Assembly: GCA_977862235.1 (NCBI GenBank)
Contig: OZ374565.1
Location: forward strand, 2,046,001 to 2,110,000
Source: Dudresnaya verticillata
Lineage: Eukaryota
Length of the DNA stretch: 64,000 bases
Reading direction: 5' to 3'
Position numbers and translations under genes: made by a program. The notes beneath the pieces are model-generated. The model was not told the DNA's origin. It ran no database searches and saw only the letters and a program-made list of their open reading frames with translations. Below are positions 1 through 12,670 of the stretch, one piece after another. Within the stretch, counting starts at the first letter, position 1; each line of letters starts with the position of its first letter.

Positions 1-1503
1 GAGTAATAACGCAGCAGATATATGCGCATGGCGGCTTTCAATGAGCACTAACTCTGAGCGGGACGATTATTATATCGTTGTTATCGATATCAAAGCCATC
101 AACACATTTTAAGAACTGTGCTGATGGGTCTGGCAGATTGCGTCTCAGGAGAATGCGTCTGCTTTTTATGCTTCAGTGCGGTGCTGAATTGACCGTACAT
201 GTGCGCTGCTGTCCGTCTCACCTGTTCATGCTAATTCGATTGCGTACTCGTTGGTGATGCTCCCGCTATATTCATGCAGCGCCATGCCATATTGTTATGG
301 TTAGCATAGCGGATGTGGTACATCCTTAGTGTATTGGCCATCTCTCAATTGGATGCAATCTGAATAAGCACACGCGGTGTACCTTCCAAGGTAAGATCTA
401 AAACAAAACTGCCAGGCGCTATTCTCTTGAGATCGGCGCTTCCCGCAACCCTGCAACACCAACCGCAGGCCCATTGTTCATTATTCAGTGTAACAGTATT
501 AAACTCCGGCATGAGCCACTGAATGCATTTGCGGCCAGACTACGGCTGTCCTATGTAGGCGCCTCCACATGTCCAACAGAGTTTCTCCTCTCTCAACGAA
601 CATCATTCTCCAGCAAGTCACTTCGTTGCAGGTATGGCCCCACCTGGGTGGAAGAGGAAATAGATTGTCGTCAGCAATAGCAGAGCAGCTGCATATGCCG
701 CGTAAATTGCAACGGTGGCCGCAACACTATTCAAAGCGTGCTGCTGACAAGGTTAATACGATGTATGTCTTGCACTAATCACTGCAGCCGGAAGAACAAA
801 CTGTTCAAATTTCAGAGTTACCTCGAACCTACATACAATGGAGTCCTTCAGTAGTGCAACCGTAGCAACAATTCCATGTTAAGCTCTAATGCGAGCACGA
901 GCCCGCTATTAATGGTCATTTTATACAACAGTTCTTTATCTATTAGCTCCACTCCATTTGTATTCTTCTACATACAGACAGGTCCGGAGATCCAGTGCAA
1001 GCACAGCCGACTTACTTCAAAATTCTAACGAGAGCGTGAAGTTCTAGCAGCGACAAACAGAACCGTTCTCGATCCATATTGGTCCTCTACAGCGCTAAAG
1101 GCTCTATTTCTTCCAAAGACATAGACGGGCTTTTACAATCCAATACTGAGCGCTCATACCACAACATTACGAGTATCCAGTAGGGATGCTCTAGCTTTAT
1201 GCTTTCGTAAAGTGACGTTTACCACAACACTTCTGGCAACCAATACAAACACCGCAATTGCCACAACACCACGTGGCCAACAATTTCTACAGTTCTCACT
1301 ACTCATTGACAGCAATGCGTTTCACACACTTCGTTCCCACGCATTGATCACAGAGCCGTTGAGCAGTATAAGAATCGCAAAGAAGGTTCAGATCGAGCGA
1401 CGACTCCATCCCAGCATCAGGAGGCATCTGAAAACATCGCTTTGTTGATCATCTTTCACTACCGGGGTAAAGTAATCTCAAAGGCTTCAAGGAAACTTTC
1501 ATC

Positions 1504-1920
1504 ATGCGGTCAGTGCAGATCATTCTCATTGCATTTACTCTTCTCCTCGCAACAAGCTCGGCATCTGCCAGATGTCGTACTGGTCGATACAGATCATGCT
1601 GTGGAACTCGTTCCTATGACTACAGGTTCTACAAGTGCTGTGGGGGTGTTGTTGCCACTGGTGGCAGGTACAAAGCGTGCTGTGGCACTCGTACCTATGA
1701 CTACAGGTTCTACAAGTGCTGTGGGGGCGTTATTGCCACTGGTGGCAGGTACAAATCGTGCTGTGGCACTCGTACCTATGACTACAGGTTCTACAAATGC
1801 TGTGGGAACGTTATTACAAGTGGTGGTAGGTACAAATCGTGCTGTGGCACTCGTACCTTTGACTACAGGTTCTACAAATGCTGCGGGACGAGAATTTCGT
1901 CTAAACGGTCAAGATGCTAG
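1504..1920 (+). CDS. Secreted galaxin-like di-cysteine repeat protein (138 aa)
   Basis: ATG to TAG. A 22-aa hydrophobic signal peptide ends in ASA. It is followed by about 4 x 27-aa repeats CCGTR(T/S)YDYRFYK-CCGGVxATGGRYKx. The mature part has 18 Cys, 15 Tyr, 26 Arg/Lys and 4 Asp. Unit differences are mostly synonymous or conservative in this frame. Confidence 0.85.
   Translation: MRSVQIILIAFTLLLATSSASARCRTGRYRSCCGTRSYDYRFYKCCGGVVATGGRYKACCGTRTYDYRFYKCCGGVIATGGRYKSCCGTRTYDYRFYKCCGNVITSGGRYKSCCGTRTFDYRFYKCCGTRISSKRSRC
1597..1890 (+). repeat. 81-bp coding tandem repeat (~3.6 units)
   Basis: TGCTGTGG(A/C)ACTCGT recurs at 1597, 1678, 1759 and 1840. Confidence 0.95.
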
Positions 1921-2949
1921 AACTGAAACTTGAAACTTGCCGTTGCTGAGAAGGCACGTGACGACAAGAGATGATTCACTATTCTATGTTGTGATTGATG
2001 TGCTTTGAACGAAAGTCTTTTTGTTTGCATACTCTTGTCAGATATGAATGCTGTGGGTACTTGCAGGTCAGCGTTTGTTACAGAAGTGATCATCTCGTTT
2101 GATAAGGGATAATGAGGTCTTCAAAATGTATGGATAAGACAGCTGCAAATTGCAGAAGAGGCACCGGAATTAGGAGCAAGGTTAAGATTAGTTTAGTTGT
2201 GCGTTGTTAGTTAGTGCGTCAGTTGTTGCGGTTGATGACTAAATCTCACCATCTTGACCGCTTTTTGCATCAATTGCTGGCGTCGAAATTGGCTGGCAAA
2301 GCAGCACGTAATGAAAACGTTCCCTTAGGGACAGATTCTCTCCCAGTGGGGGAAGGGTCCCAAAGCAACCGCAAATGATATTAACAGATCGTCACCTTGA
2401 TGTGGGAACTGATCTCCCATGTTTCCTCTATTCCTTTTGAACAGCCGAGCAAGCCCAATATTAACGCCAAAGAGTCAAAAGCCTGATCTTCAGGCTCATC
2501 GTACGATAAGATTTTGGGAAGTGTCCGCCTGGAAGAAGACCTTCCATGGAGTGATCGTACTCGCTGGTACTGTGCTTTCAACATGGTCTCCGTTTCATAC
2601 TCCCACGGCGCTCTTACGGCCCGTCAATGACCCTCTAGATTAATAACTCTTGTGATGGTATCGTCTCCCCGCGCCATCAACTATCCTACAAACAGTTACC
2701 TCCCATTCTCTCGGTTTCATTTATCTTCTTGAACAAGCACTTACGAACATGCACGGGGTGATGCAGAGTAGAGCACCTAACTGTACTTCGCTTGCTTCAG
2801 CAATTGCTATGCTCGTTTCGCATGCTATTACGCAAAGGTGCAGTCAATTCGTCAAGTTCGCATTTGCTCTGGACAAAACTAAAGTGGGCAGTTGCACGAA
2901 TGCTGTGATTACGCCTGAAAGGCTAGCGAGAGCTATTTCATATCCATGT

Positions 2950-3330
2950 TTGCTCTATATTTCATGCTCATATTCACTTGTTGTCAGACGAGGCTCCCCC
3001 GAACAGCAAGACTCGTCTACCGAACGATTATCAGCCCTATTGTCGAGTACGCCCTGGCGCTGAGCCCCTTCACGCCAGAAGTCGAAACAATATTGGACGG
3101 CGTGCAGGCTACGTTTTCCGGACGGCTATCGTGCAACAAGCGCCGTACATGCCTCCTAGTAGGCTCCGAAAACTGCGAGCCCTCTTTCGAATCCCTAACC
3201 ACTCGCTTGACGTCAGCAGCTTCAGTATGCCCTAGCCTACCACGTCCGGAAATCTTTCCCGTAGCAGCGATGCCAAATTCTGTTGCGCAACCTCATCGAT
3301 CCTCGCCACTGGCAAAGTTTTGGCCACACA
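2950..3330 (+). mobile_element. Decayed LINE (family B), region after the RT domain
   Basis: Frameshifted peptides ARLVYRTIISPIVEYALALSP and FRTAIVQQAP..RLRKLRALFRIP align with AQFVYSSFVRPVYEHCIALVP and FRICIAQQSS..RIARLRALFRFP of the element at 17.2-18.9 kb. Confidence 0.7.
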
Positions 3331-3899
3331 TTGCAATACAAGGGAGGTCAGACGAGTGAGGAGGTAGAAATTTTCAGCCATACGGAACGTGCCCTTCTTG
3401 GAAGCCAATATATTGGCTATTCTTTAAGCAACAGAGTCAAACCCAGAACCAATACATCCATAGGTATCCATGAGCATCGGATGACGGTCAATGGAATTGT
3501 TGAAACAAAGACGGCGATATTGGTTCCGCTTGTGGTTCTCACAGGCGAATATACCATCAGTGGAAGAACGCTGAACTGTTCAGCGTTGAGGACGTCACAG
3601 CCATGGTGAGGCGCTTCTGTACAGCATCAGCTGGAGGCGGAAGTGGTCTTCGTCAGAATCTGAACCATCTGCCAGAGTTGTTGGCAGCACCCAACCTGGA
3701 CTCTGCCTAAGGTGTGGCAGAGTTCAGGATGCGAAGCAGTCCAGGTTGCGAAGCAGTCCAGGTTGCGAAGCCTCGCGGGAGGCCTTGGTAGGACGTTTTA
3801 CCCTGCTCATAGGGGGCCGTGTGCCCCCATCGCCTGCTCCATATGTAGCAGGCGATGGGGGAGCACGTAGCCATAAGGCTAGCTGGAGGCCCACTATCG

Positions 3900-5340
3900 G
3901 GTATCACGAAACCCAAAGGCGATATCCGCCTCATCGCCGTGGGGGAAACTTTACGCCGTCCTGTCGGCTCTTGATTGCTGTCCCGTTTCTATAAGGACGC
4001 TGAACTGTACTTCGCACCACTAGTGGCAGCTGCAACTTGGGGTCTCGTTGCCGCCGATGCGAACATATCTTCCACTCTCTACGACCCCTCATCTCGAAAT
4101 AGGAGAGCTCATCGCAGAAAGCAATTCTCACGGTAGACTGCCCTAATGCTTTCAATCTCATCAGTCGAAACGAGTTTTTCAAAGGTGTCCAAGAGCACTT
4201 CCCGGACCTCGCAACATGGGTGGAATATTGCTACGCAACAGCTCCTGCTAACATATGGTTGGACAGGCATCTGCAACTCAGCACCCTGGTGGTTCAGAAA
4301 AGCGACCCCTGGGTTCACTGCTTTTCGGTTGTGCTCCAGCCAGTTCTACACGCCCTCTCAGAGTTTACACAGGATATCGCTATAAACACATCGAGTACTC
4401 AGGATGAAATCGACAGTGAACCACTGCCCCTGCTGGCCTTTTACCTGAATGATGGCTAGCTATTCTGTTCATCCGCACAAACATCTCGAACGCATCCTCC
4501 AATACCTCGACGCCGGTACTTTCAGCTCCCGAGGCCTCGATCTCAACCTGTCCGGGTGCAGCGTGTGGTGGCCGTCCGAGCCGTCCGCTGCCTCCTGTGC
4601 TCTCTACACAGACTCTGTCACACAGGAATATGGAGAAGGCACAACCGTGTTAAACGCACCTCTCATTGCAGACAAGTTTGTTGGGCGTTTCTTCCTTTCC
4701 CACGTGGAAAATATGGACAAGCTCTTCCAAGATATCGAGGTCCTGCACGCCAAACAGGTAGCCTTCTTTCTCTTTCGGTACTGTTTCGGCATCCGCCAAG
4801 TTGTGTACACACTAAGGCTTATTCTGCCATGCCTAGCCGTGGTTCACTAGCCCTTGCAGACTTTCGTGCGTTGGGAAAGCGGATCTATGAGTGCTTTCGA
4901 AACATCATTGATAGATCTTTATCGCCTACAACCTGTAAAGATCTGCAGTTGCCAGTCCGAGCACCCCAGAGAACCCCCACCGATCTCTGTATCGGCATAT
5001 CTTCCGCTTCCAGGCTCTCATCTAGTGCCTGCCTTGCATCCACCGGGCAAAAAAAATCCATCCTGTTCTCGCCTACAAGGAAATGCTGACCCTGAACCGT
5101 TCGGCACACATCCGGACACGCTTAACGCTTATGAACGTTGGAATTGTCTCTTCTGCCCAGACAATTCCCTGTGGAATCCACTTGGGTCCGTGGCGTCCTG
5201 GTGGTCAACAGACTTCCCCTTACAGAAGAAGCTGACAGCCGCCGCACACTTAGGGATAGAAGCAAGGTTTCCGCCTGGCGATGAACGCACCATCGCGTTC
5301 CGTAAGTGGTGATAAAGTTTACTCAATAAAGTTTAAAGTG
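3900..5340 (+). mobile_element. Decayed CRE/SLACS-like non-LTR retrotransposon, RT domain
   Basis: Ordered RT motifs across frameshifts: DIRLIAVGETLRR, TVDCPNAFNLISR, FPDLATWVEYCY, VVQKSDP (from GVQQGDP), AFYLNDG (from YLDD), GLDLNLS, VLNAPL, LQLPVR. Confidence 0.85.
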
Positions 5341-6169
5341 CACTCGGCGCGTTCCGCAGATAATGAACGTGTACGGAGACCACGCCCTTGTGTGCCCACA
5401 TGGGTCACCACACATTAGAGAGAGATATATATATAGAGGACTTTATTCAGAGAGAAACTAAACCCCGGATCTGGAGCTAAGCATATCTAGAGAGATTTTA
5501 AGTTTCGAAGACCGCAACTCTATCAGGCAGTCTTCAAGGACTTTTCCTTTCGAACATTAAAGTTTTTGTCGTAATTATTACCCACTCCACCCCATCTGTG
5601 TCATTTTCGCGCTGGGTATTCTAGAGGGGGGGAATGGAGACTTTATTCAGGAGGTTAGAGGGAGCTCTGCGAAGCTTGCAGGCTAACTGGAGAGATCAAC
5701 AAATATGTAGGGGAAATCCTCAACAGGGTGCCCCAAAATTAAAAGCAGGATACATCCATGCTCTGGCCTGAATCTCTCCTTGCCGACAATGTATCACAAC
5801 AATGTGCTTGGGCGACCGTCGTCTGAGTAGAACCGCCGTTAACAAATAACAAAATAGAATATCACAATGTGACTGGAACGCGATTGGGAAGGTACGGATT
5901 TTTCTCTCTACAACACAACTGTTGGAATCCGAGATGCGTCGCTGAGGAACGCCACATCGCTGCGAACATGGTTGTACACGGGGTACGTGAAGCTTTACAG
6001 AGCCCATTCAATGCACAAATTACTAACACAGGTTTGTGCCTGTCTTCATTGTTTTTGTAAAAATGCGCAAGGTCTGTAACCCCTATGCGCTTAAGAGTCA
6101 TGGCGATTTCAAGCTACGGTACTCTTCCTCTCTGCCACCTAACTATTCTATTGGATCAACTATCGATCC

Positions 6170-6720
6170 TATCGATCTTTGTTAAGTACGACCGTTTCGG
6201 TGTTTGGAAGGATTATCTGACATCCCCTGGCCACCTTTGATGCGCTTGGTACCCTTGGCGCTGCACATTTCTGTGGCGAGTTTCGAGTATCTCGAAGCGG
6301 CCCATCGCATTGTGCCATGGGCTCTCCAAACACAACATTATGTCGATAATTTCTGATCTTTTTAAGGCGACTTCCCTCAATCTGGCGATGAAAGGGATGC
6401 TTGCTGATCAGCATTGTCAGGATAGGGATTGTATTCTTCCTTCCCAGAAGACTTCAACGAACCAGACTATTTCAATGTAACAAAAATATGGAGTGGCCAA
6501 AGGTTAAACGCCCGGGCCTGTGGCAAAGCTTCAGGGCACCCTCCGCTCGGCCTATGTGTTTTGACAGCAAGACATATGAACAGGGTCATGTATTGCTTTG
6601 GCAATTTAAGGATAGAGAGTGTGTGTGCAGGTCCGGATTCAGGGAGTGCTCTGGTTATACTGGTGATAACACATCAACAAGCGAGGTGAGATATCAGAGC
6701 AAGAGAGGCCAGGGTTGAGT
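6170..6720 (+). pseudogene. Possible decayed trypsin-like serine protease
   Basis: LGAAHFC near 6250 and VCAGPDSGSALV near 6620-6660 resemble the TAAHC and CxGDSGGPL motifs in the right order. Stops and frameshifts lie between them. Confidence 0.25.
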
Positions 6721-7279
6721 ATATTCAGGCTTTGCGGCGTCAAATGAGTGAGTTGCTGTACTTCTATGGCATGGATGCGAGGCGGGCTAGGTCGGTTGAG
6801 GCAGAGCGGAAGGCAGTGGATGCATTGATCTTAACAAAATTCCAAAGTACACTACTGTGACACTTTACTACCACACGAATGTCTGCAACCAAGCTCGGCT
6901 CTTCTGTCCTACGAAGCAAAAACAGTAAAATGAGTACACTCTGTATGAATTCAGACTTCTCACAAGCTTGCTCTAGACAGGAGGATTAAAGCGCTGACGC
7001 TCGCGAAACTGCGGAGCGTGTGGAGTATAGTCTTCTGCGTGATGCTTGATTGGAGTGATGCTATCGGATCGGCATCGGCATTGGAGATTCATGTGATCCA
7101 GCTGCTGTACGGCACCGCCTCATTGCCTTTTCGTGGCACTCCCAGGTCTATATTCTCTCCTTCTCAGACCAAATAAATACAGCCACTCCGAAGCCACTGC
7201 ACTGTCGGTGGGTTACGACAGAGCAGCATCTCATCCCTCCGTCACTTCGGTTTCACAAGCACGTTCGGAAACATTTGTA

Positions 7280-7714
7280 ATGAAGATGAAGATTCTGTTG
7301 AGTATTTGCTCTTTTGTCCTTCTCTGCATGCACTTTGATGCAGTCAGTGCGAAAGTGGGCGACGTATGCGGAGGTTGCATTAGAGGCGTGTTCCTTGGCT
7401 ACTGCGCCCAGAATAATTGCGCCAAGACCGAATGGTGCCGGGGGTTTTGCACCTGCACTCCGACAATTTTCTCCTGCGTTGGCTCAGGAATTTGCCGGTG
7501 CGCGATCAGGCCAACCACAAAGCCACCTACCACAAGAGGGACTAGCGCGTCGACATCGTCTACCACGACCACAACAACGACCACGACCACGACTACTACA
7601 ACTCCTACTACGACGACTACGACGACGACGACAACTACGACGACGCCGACAACCACAACCACAAACGCAGACGGGACTCCCGAGCCAGATGTTCGAATTG
7701 AGCTTGGATGGTGA
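7280..7714 (+). CDS. Secreted protein with a Cys-rich domain and poly-Thr (mucin-like) tail
   Basis: ATG at 7280 starts MKMKILLSICSFVLLCMHFDAVSA (signal peptide). A compact 10-Cys domain follows, then an ACN-codon Thr run. The 3' end may be spliced or decayed (GTGAG at the stop). Confidence 0.75.
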   Translation: MKMKILLSICSFVLLCMHFDAVSAKVGDVCGGCIRGVFLGYCAQNNCAKTEWCRGFCTCTPTIFSCVGSGICRCAIRPTTKPPTTRGTSASTSSTTTTTTTTTTTTTTPTTTTTTTTTTTTTPTTTTTNADGTPEPDVRIELGW

Positions 7715-8954
7715 GCTGACGGACTACCAGTAGTACACAACCACGACTCAAAGTTTTCCTGGACATAGTTAGACCATTGAAAGGAGGCGAGTCTGCTCAG
7801 GTACTGGTATGACTGAGACAATGATACTGTTGACTTTTTTGACGAAGACGGGACTGAAGGAAAGGTTTGCCAAAGAATGGGACCAGGGTCAAACCAAAGA
7901 GTTCAGAGCAGTATACGGTTGTTAGTGATCGGGCCTTAATAAAATCGCATTTTTCTTTGCCAAATCTCAAGTCATTTCGTCCTGAGCCGGTCTGCTAGTA
8001 CAATGCGTAATTTAGCAAAGGAAGGTGTACAACAGTTCGGTTAACGCGGCGCGCACATGCATCAAAACACTCGCATTCTTCACGATCTCTTGTGCAACTT
8101 CTAAAACTATGTAGTGCGCAGACCTTTCAGCAACCAAACCTGCTTGCGACCCGGGATCCCTCTCAGCTGTACAGTGTCAATAATGCGACCCATGCAAACG
8201 CTTCATAAATATCCCTAATCATTAAAGTCTCCCGCACATATTCCTATTCTTCCTTAGACATCTCCCAGATAATGCTATTCTCTCTAGATACACTTAGCCC
8301 TCTCGCAGGGGGCGCCGTGCATATATGAATAAACTATATTATCATTTCTCGTTAACAAGAAAGAGGCTTCGCGAAGAGCCCCAAAGATTGTAGATGCACG
8401 GTACCCCTCCAAGAGATGTTTACATGAGGAGGGAAGAACCGAGCGGAGAAAGCACGATTGATATCGCAGATTCAGCCGAAGTTCATTCAGTTGCACTGCT
8501 TCGCAACAGTCCAGTTGAAGATACACTCAAAACTCATACAGCACATTACGGCTCTGAGCACCAGTGGTTTGTATTTCTGTTACAATTAACAATTATGAAA
8601 CAACGTCGAAGAACGCGATTATCTGCTATGTGGTAAACGAGGGGCACATAACGCAAATGATGGCGTGGCATGCCCTGTTGCTTTGCCCGCACAACTGCAG
8701 CACCTCAGCCCTCTCCGAAATCATCCAGGCCCGGCTCCTGGTGACCCAGGTCACCAGTGCTATTGAGGAGTGTGTTAGCCTTGTAATAGACGCACACGTC
8801 GACCGAGAGCTGAACGCCCCTCGCGGTCAGGCATACCCTGGCGTCTGACCCCCTGGACTCTAGACGCATCCTTCTCCATGGCTGTCAAAAAGAGTTCTCG
8901 TAACTGCGCGGTAAGGCAAACACTAAGATGTTTTTAACCCAAGGGCAAGGCAAG

Positions 8955-9400
8955 CTGTGATGTTGTTCTTTAATTGTTGTTTATAATGGTCCTACGCGGG
9001 CAGCTTAGGCCCATGTGCAGGCGCACTTGAGAGTCCACAAAAGGGCTCGTGGACTTATATATATCTCTCTCTCTTTTTTTGTTGTGTGCTATGGGACTAT
9101 GCGCTATCTTTGACGAGGCCACTGGATAGCGGTCGGTGGATGATCTTGTGCGCATAGTCGGCGGATTTTGTCAATTGCGGTGGAGATAGCAGTAAGGTCT
9201 GAGGCGCTGTTCGCGGGGTGTGGCAATTTTTGAAGGACTGCGGCTTGTTCACGAAGCTCTGAACGTGTGACTGCGCAGGAGGGTGGAATTGGGAAGGTGC
9301 CAAGATGCCACCGAACCGCAAGCTTACTGTCGCGGTGGTTAGAAAGCCTGAGCGCGGGGGTAGGGATGATGCATCTTGGACCGTAGCAGGCCGCCGGCCT
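8955..9400 (-). mobile_element. 3' end of LINE family B (5'-truncated)
   Basis: Highly similar to 17205-17650. It encodes PTPALRLSNHRD.KLAVRWHLGTFP...IQWPRQR* and ends in an ACAACAATTAAAGAACAAC tail. Confidence 0.75.
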
Positions 9401-10940
9401 GAAGCTGTGCCCAGGAGCATAGTCAGAACTCCAGAAACATCCTGGCCGCCAATGTTTCCAGTCATGTGGCCGTACAGCTTCGGATTTCACACCTAGGGGC
9501 AGTTCCTTTTTCCCTTCTTTGTTGTCGAGTATTATTCCTTGTAGTATGAGCGCATCCTTCCGCTCGCAAGAGCGAAGGAGAGGGAGCTCGAGTTGTTGGT
9601 ATTCTGTTCTTCTGTATGCCGCCTTCTTGGGACCGTTAATACTAATCAGCTTCGTAAGGTGGTGTAAAGGTCTAATGAACCGAGTTTGAAACGTACCCGC
9701 TTCGCCAATGTCAGTCTATTGGTACTTTTAATCTCTCGTCTCAAGGCTTTGGAACCACAGTAGCTGTTCCTTCCAGGACACACCACAGATATTTAACAGA
9801 CATTCCGGGAATGGGCATACTTGAAGCCATCATCCTCGCCTACGCCGCCCTGGGCCTTTGTGTCGCATCACAAAGCGCCCCAGGAAACTGGTTGCAATGC
9901 GGCTGAATACTGTGGGCAAAATCTGGATGAGGAACGAGAGCGTTTACTGCCCCAGTTACTTCTCACCTGCTTCGGTATCAATCTCTTGCGATTATTCTCT
10001 GTCTTCGTGGTGGCTCTCCTGTAGTCCACCTGGCGACCTTGTGCCCCTGTTTCTGTTCTTAATACAACTCCCTACAATGGCGGTGAAGCTTAACAGTGCG
10101 GATTCATTGGGGGATCGGATTTATTCAATAGTATTTCCTTTTTCCGCAGTTCATGAGTATGAAATGTATGACAGACGCGGTGTTGGAGCCTCACCACGCA
10201 ATCTCCGCGAACGGGACTGGGGTGATTGGCTGTTTGGGATTCCTGTCCACTTTCTCAACACGATACTCAACCAGATCTCAAATGCCCTGCACAAAGCCAC
10301 TTAGAATCCTTTAAAACGTTCACGGAAGCACTCTCGCCCAACTCATACAGTTTCACGGTTCAGGGCGCAGCTGCAGCCGTGACACAGGGCCTCACAAATA
10401 GAGGTTCTCGAAATATAAAAATCTGTACCACAATCTGCCATAGCCGCCAGCGCGCAGGACCACTCTAAACAAAACACCAATAAATCAAACTTCACAATCT
10501 GCTCCCCACTGCACAGCGAATGCTGTGATTGGCATTAGCAGAGGTCTGTGCCACAGGTCCTCTCATCTCAATGGATACTTCGCCTGGCAGAAATCCTACT
10601 TTGTTACTCGCAGGAACTGGTGCTGTGTCGTCTGCGAATGACAGTGCACTTCTCGAATACAGATAGTTGCGGAAGGGACGTCAAACAATTTGTTGTAGTT
10701 GTCGCTGTACGACACTAACATGTACAAGCCCTACAAATGGAAGCAGCAGGGAAATCAAAGGAAGGAAATCACAATAAACTTCTTGTGCTTCATGTCGACT
10801 ACTTTAGAACATTGTCCTGGACCTGAGCCCACTTACGCTGTTGCGACGACACACGCTTCGTCCGAAAGAGCGTCAAGAACTAGTTTTGCTCCAAACTCTT
10901 TTCAAGACCGTCTGGCTTCTCTACACAAGGAATTCTCGAT

Positions 10941-11351
10941 ATGATGACAAAATTGTTTCTTGCATTGGTCCTGCTCACTGTCCCAAGCCAGACATATTCG
11001 ATGGTACATGCAAACCCCGAACTCAAAAGTCGCGCATCTTCTGAGCTGATCCGTCTGATCACCACACCGCTACCGAAACGGTGCGAAGCAGAGATATTTA
11101 CGTTGGCAGGGCAGTGCGCCTGCTTCCTCTTGTTCGCGAACATCATCAAGTCAGCCAACACTGCGACGTCGAAGATGCGCTGCCGCAACCCTTCAACGGG
11201 CCCCCGCTCGAGACGGGAGATTTTGAAACTAGGCCCGAGCTGCAGAAAGTTTATTGGCGTCAAGATCCCCAAGATTGAGAAGTTCATCAACGAGTTTGTT
11301 CAGCTTTGCATCGACCCAGATTCTCCCAGAGTTGAGTACTTCTTGCGTTAG
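10941..11351 (+). CDS. Small secreted 6-Cys protein (136 aa), unknown function
   Basis: ATG start, signal peptide MMTKLFLALVLLTVPSQTYS, and a C..CxC..C..C..C pattern. Confidence 0.7.
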   Translation: MMTKLFLALVLLTVPSQTYSMVHANPELKSRASSELIRLITTPLPKRCEAEIFTLAGQCACFLLFANIIKSANTATSKMRCRNPSTGPRSRREILKLGPSCRKFIGVKIPKIEKFINEFVQLCIDPDSPRVEYFLR

Positions 11352-11489
11352 CATCGCTCTGTTCTGGAGAGCAAGAGTCGCAAGGGCCATGATGATCTTC
11401 GAACGGAGGCGAAACTTTTTGCAGGTTTGACGCGCTTCTGTTTACTATTCCTGAGTAAAGTTTATCTCTCTCTGTTTACTTCCATTTCG

Positions 11490-11750
11490 AACTACAACCC
11501 AATGGTTATTGGCATCTATGGCTTCATCGGTCATGGCTTTGATCGCGGTGCGCAACACATCGCGAATTTCCTCGCTGAGAAAAAATGCACCTCCCCGTCT
11601 AGCGAGAAGGTCTCCCTTCTCACCCGCCTTACCTCTATAGTATTACAGTGTGTCGCGGTTTATGTTAATAGGCGCAAGATTCTTGACCGTTGCGTAAGCA
11701 ACAGTGCGTATGAAGTTCCAGTAAGTCCCTTACTCTGAAGCTTGCGATTT
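11490..11750 (+). mobile_element. CRE-like retrotransposon 3' fragment (endonuclease C-terminus)
   Basis: IYGFIGHGFDRGAQHIANFLAEKK...VLQCVAVYVNRRK is highly similar to 25938-26180. Confidence 0.8.
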
Positions 11751-12099
11751 AATGGATTCTTTGAAACAGTAGCGAGGTAGAACGCGAAACAGAGTAGAAA
11801 AGGGACGAGATACTGGACTTTTCTTCGGGAACTGAACTCAGGATCAAGATTCCCTCCTCCTCTCCTAGTCCTTCATCAGATGGGCTGTATATACCCTTCT
11901 AACTTGCTCTATTCTCTCTACTTCTCTATCACCTATCTATCGTTACTGTGAAGAGAATGCCCCCTCGATATGGCATATCTAATCCCATCTGGAATATCGA
12001 CATTCGTAGCTCCCGATACAATATGTACTGTTACATTGTTGCATGCGTGTTGCTAGCACTGGTTTCGAGCTTTCACCTGCTTTGATAAAGTCCCCCCTC

Positions 12100-12670
12100 T
12101 CTTTAGCGACGTCACTATCGCGACCATGATATTTGTCGTGTTCCCTCCTTCATCCCTTTGTAATGGATGTATACAGTCTCTGTTGAAAGGTGTGCGGGAG
12201 CTGTTCAACTTGTTGCGTTACTTTCCTAGGCTATTCCCAGTAAGCAGTCGCAGCTTGTTCTTTATGTGTCTTCTACCCTACTGGTAATTCCGAGAACCTA
12301 CTGTTCTTACAATTAGAACTACACCAACGCTAGCAATTAGACTTGCGCCAGTGCCTACAATTAGAAGTGCGCCATTTGCTCAAATTGCGGGTCCAGCTCG
12401 TAAGTTGCAGTCAGACTTCAACAGTCTCATTGGAATCAGATTTCATTCTGGAATCTAAACACATACGACCTCTATCGCTGGACAAGAAAGGTTCGAATAC
12501 ACTTGTTAAAAAGAACTCTCTCTCTCCTCACTCGTCTAGTTTCGTTTGTGCCCCATTATGTCGCCCTTACTACAACCTGTCAGCGCCTCCTCAGCGCCTA
12601 TGCCCTTCCTCGTAGTGCCTTCCCCTTTTGGGGGCCCCTTTCACGTCTTAATAAAATGTGTTTCCGTCCC
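12100..12670 (+). mobile_element. CRE-like 3' fragment interrupted by a solo LTR
   Basis: 12105-12180 plus 12429-12670 is collinear with 23635-23945 (CGTCACTATCG..., TTGGAATCAG.TTTCATTCTGGA...). Confidence 0.75.
12181..12423. mobile_element. Solo LTR (243 bp)
   Basis: It begins TGTTGAA and ends TTCAACA (TG...CA, 7-bp terminal inverted repeat). A 5-bp target duplication GTCTC flanks it at 12176-12180 and 12424-12428, and it splits a recognisable host element. Confidence 0.85.

Noticed and set aside
1597..1890. Regular repeats resembling a CRISPR array
   Set aside because: The units are contiguous 81-bp in-frame coding repeats with no unique spacers, there are no cas genes, and the context is eukaryotic.
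1442..1933. Overlapping 163-aa ORF in another frame
   Set aside because: It is a shadow of the repeat with a non-ATG start and no signal peptide. Variation between units favours the 1504 frame.
11760..12020. Second solo LTR
   Set aside because: It has LTR-like composition and a CA end, but I found no matching target duplication or terminal inverted repeat.
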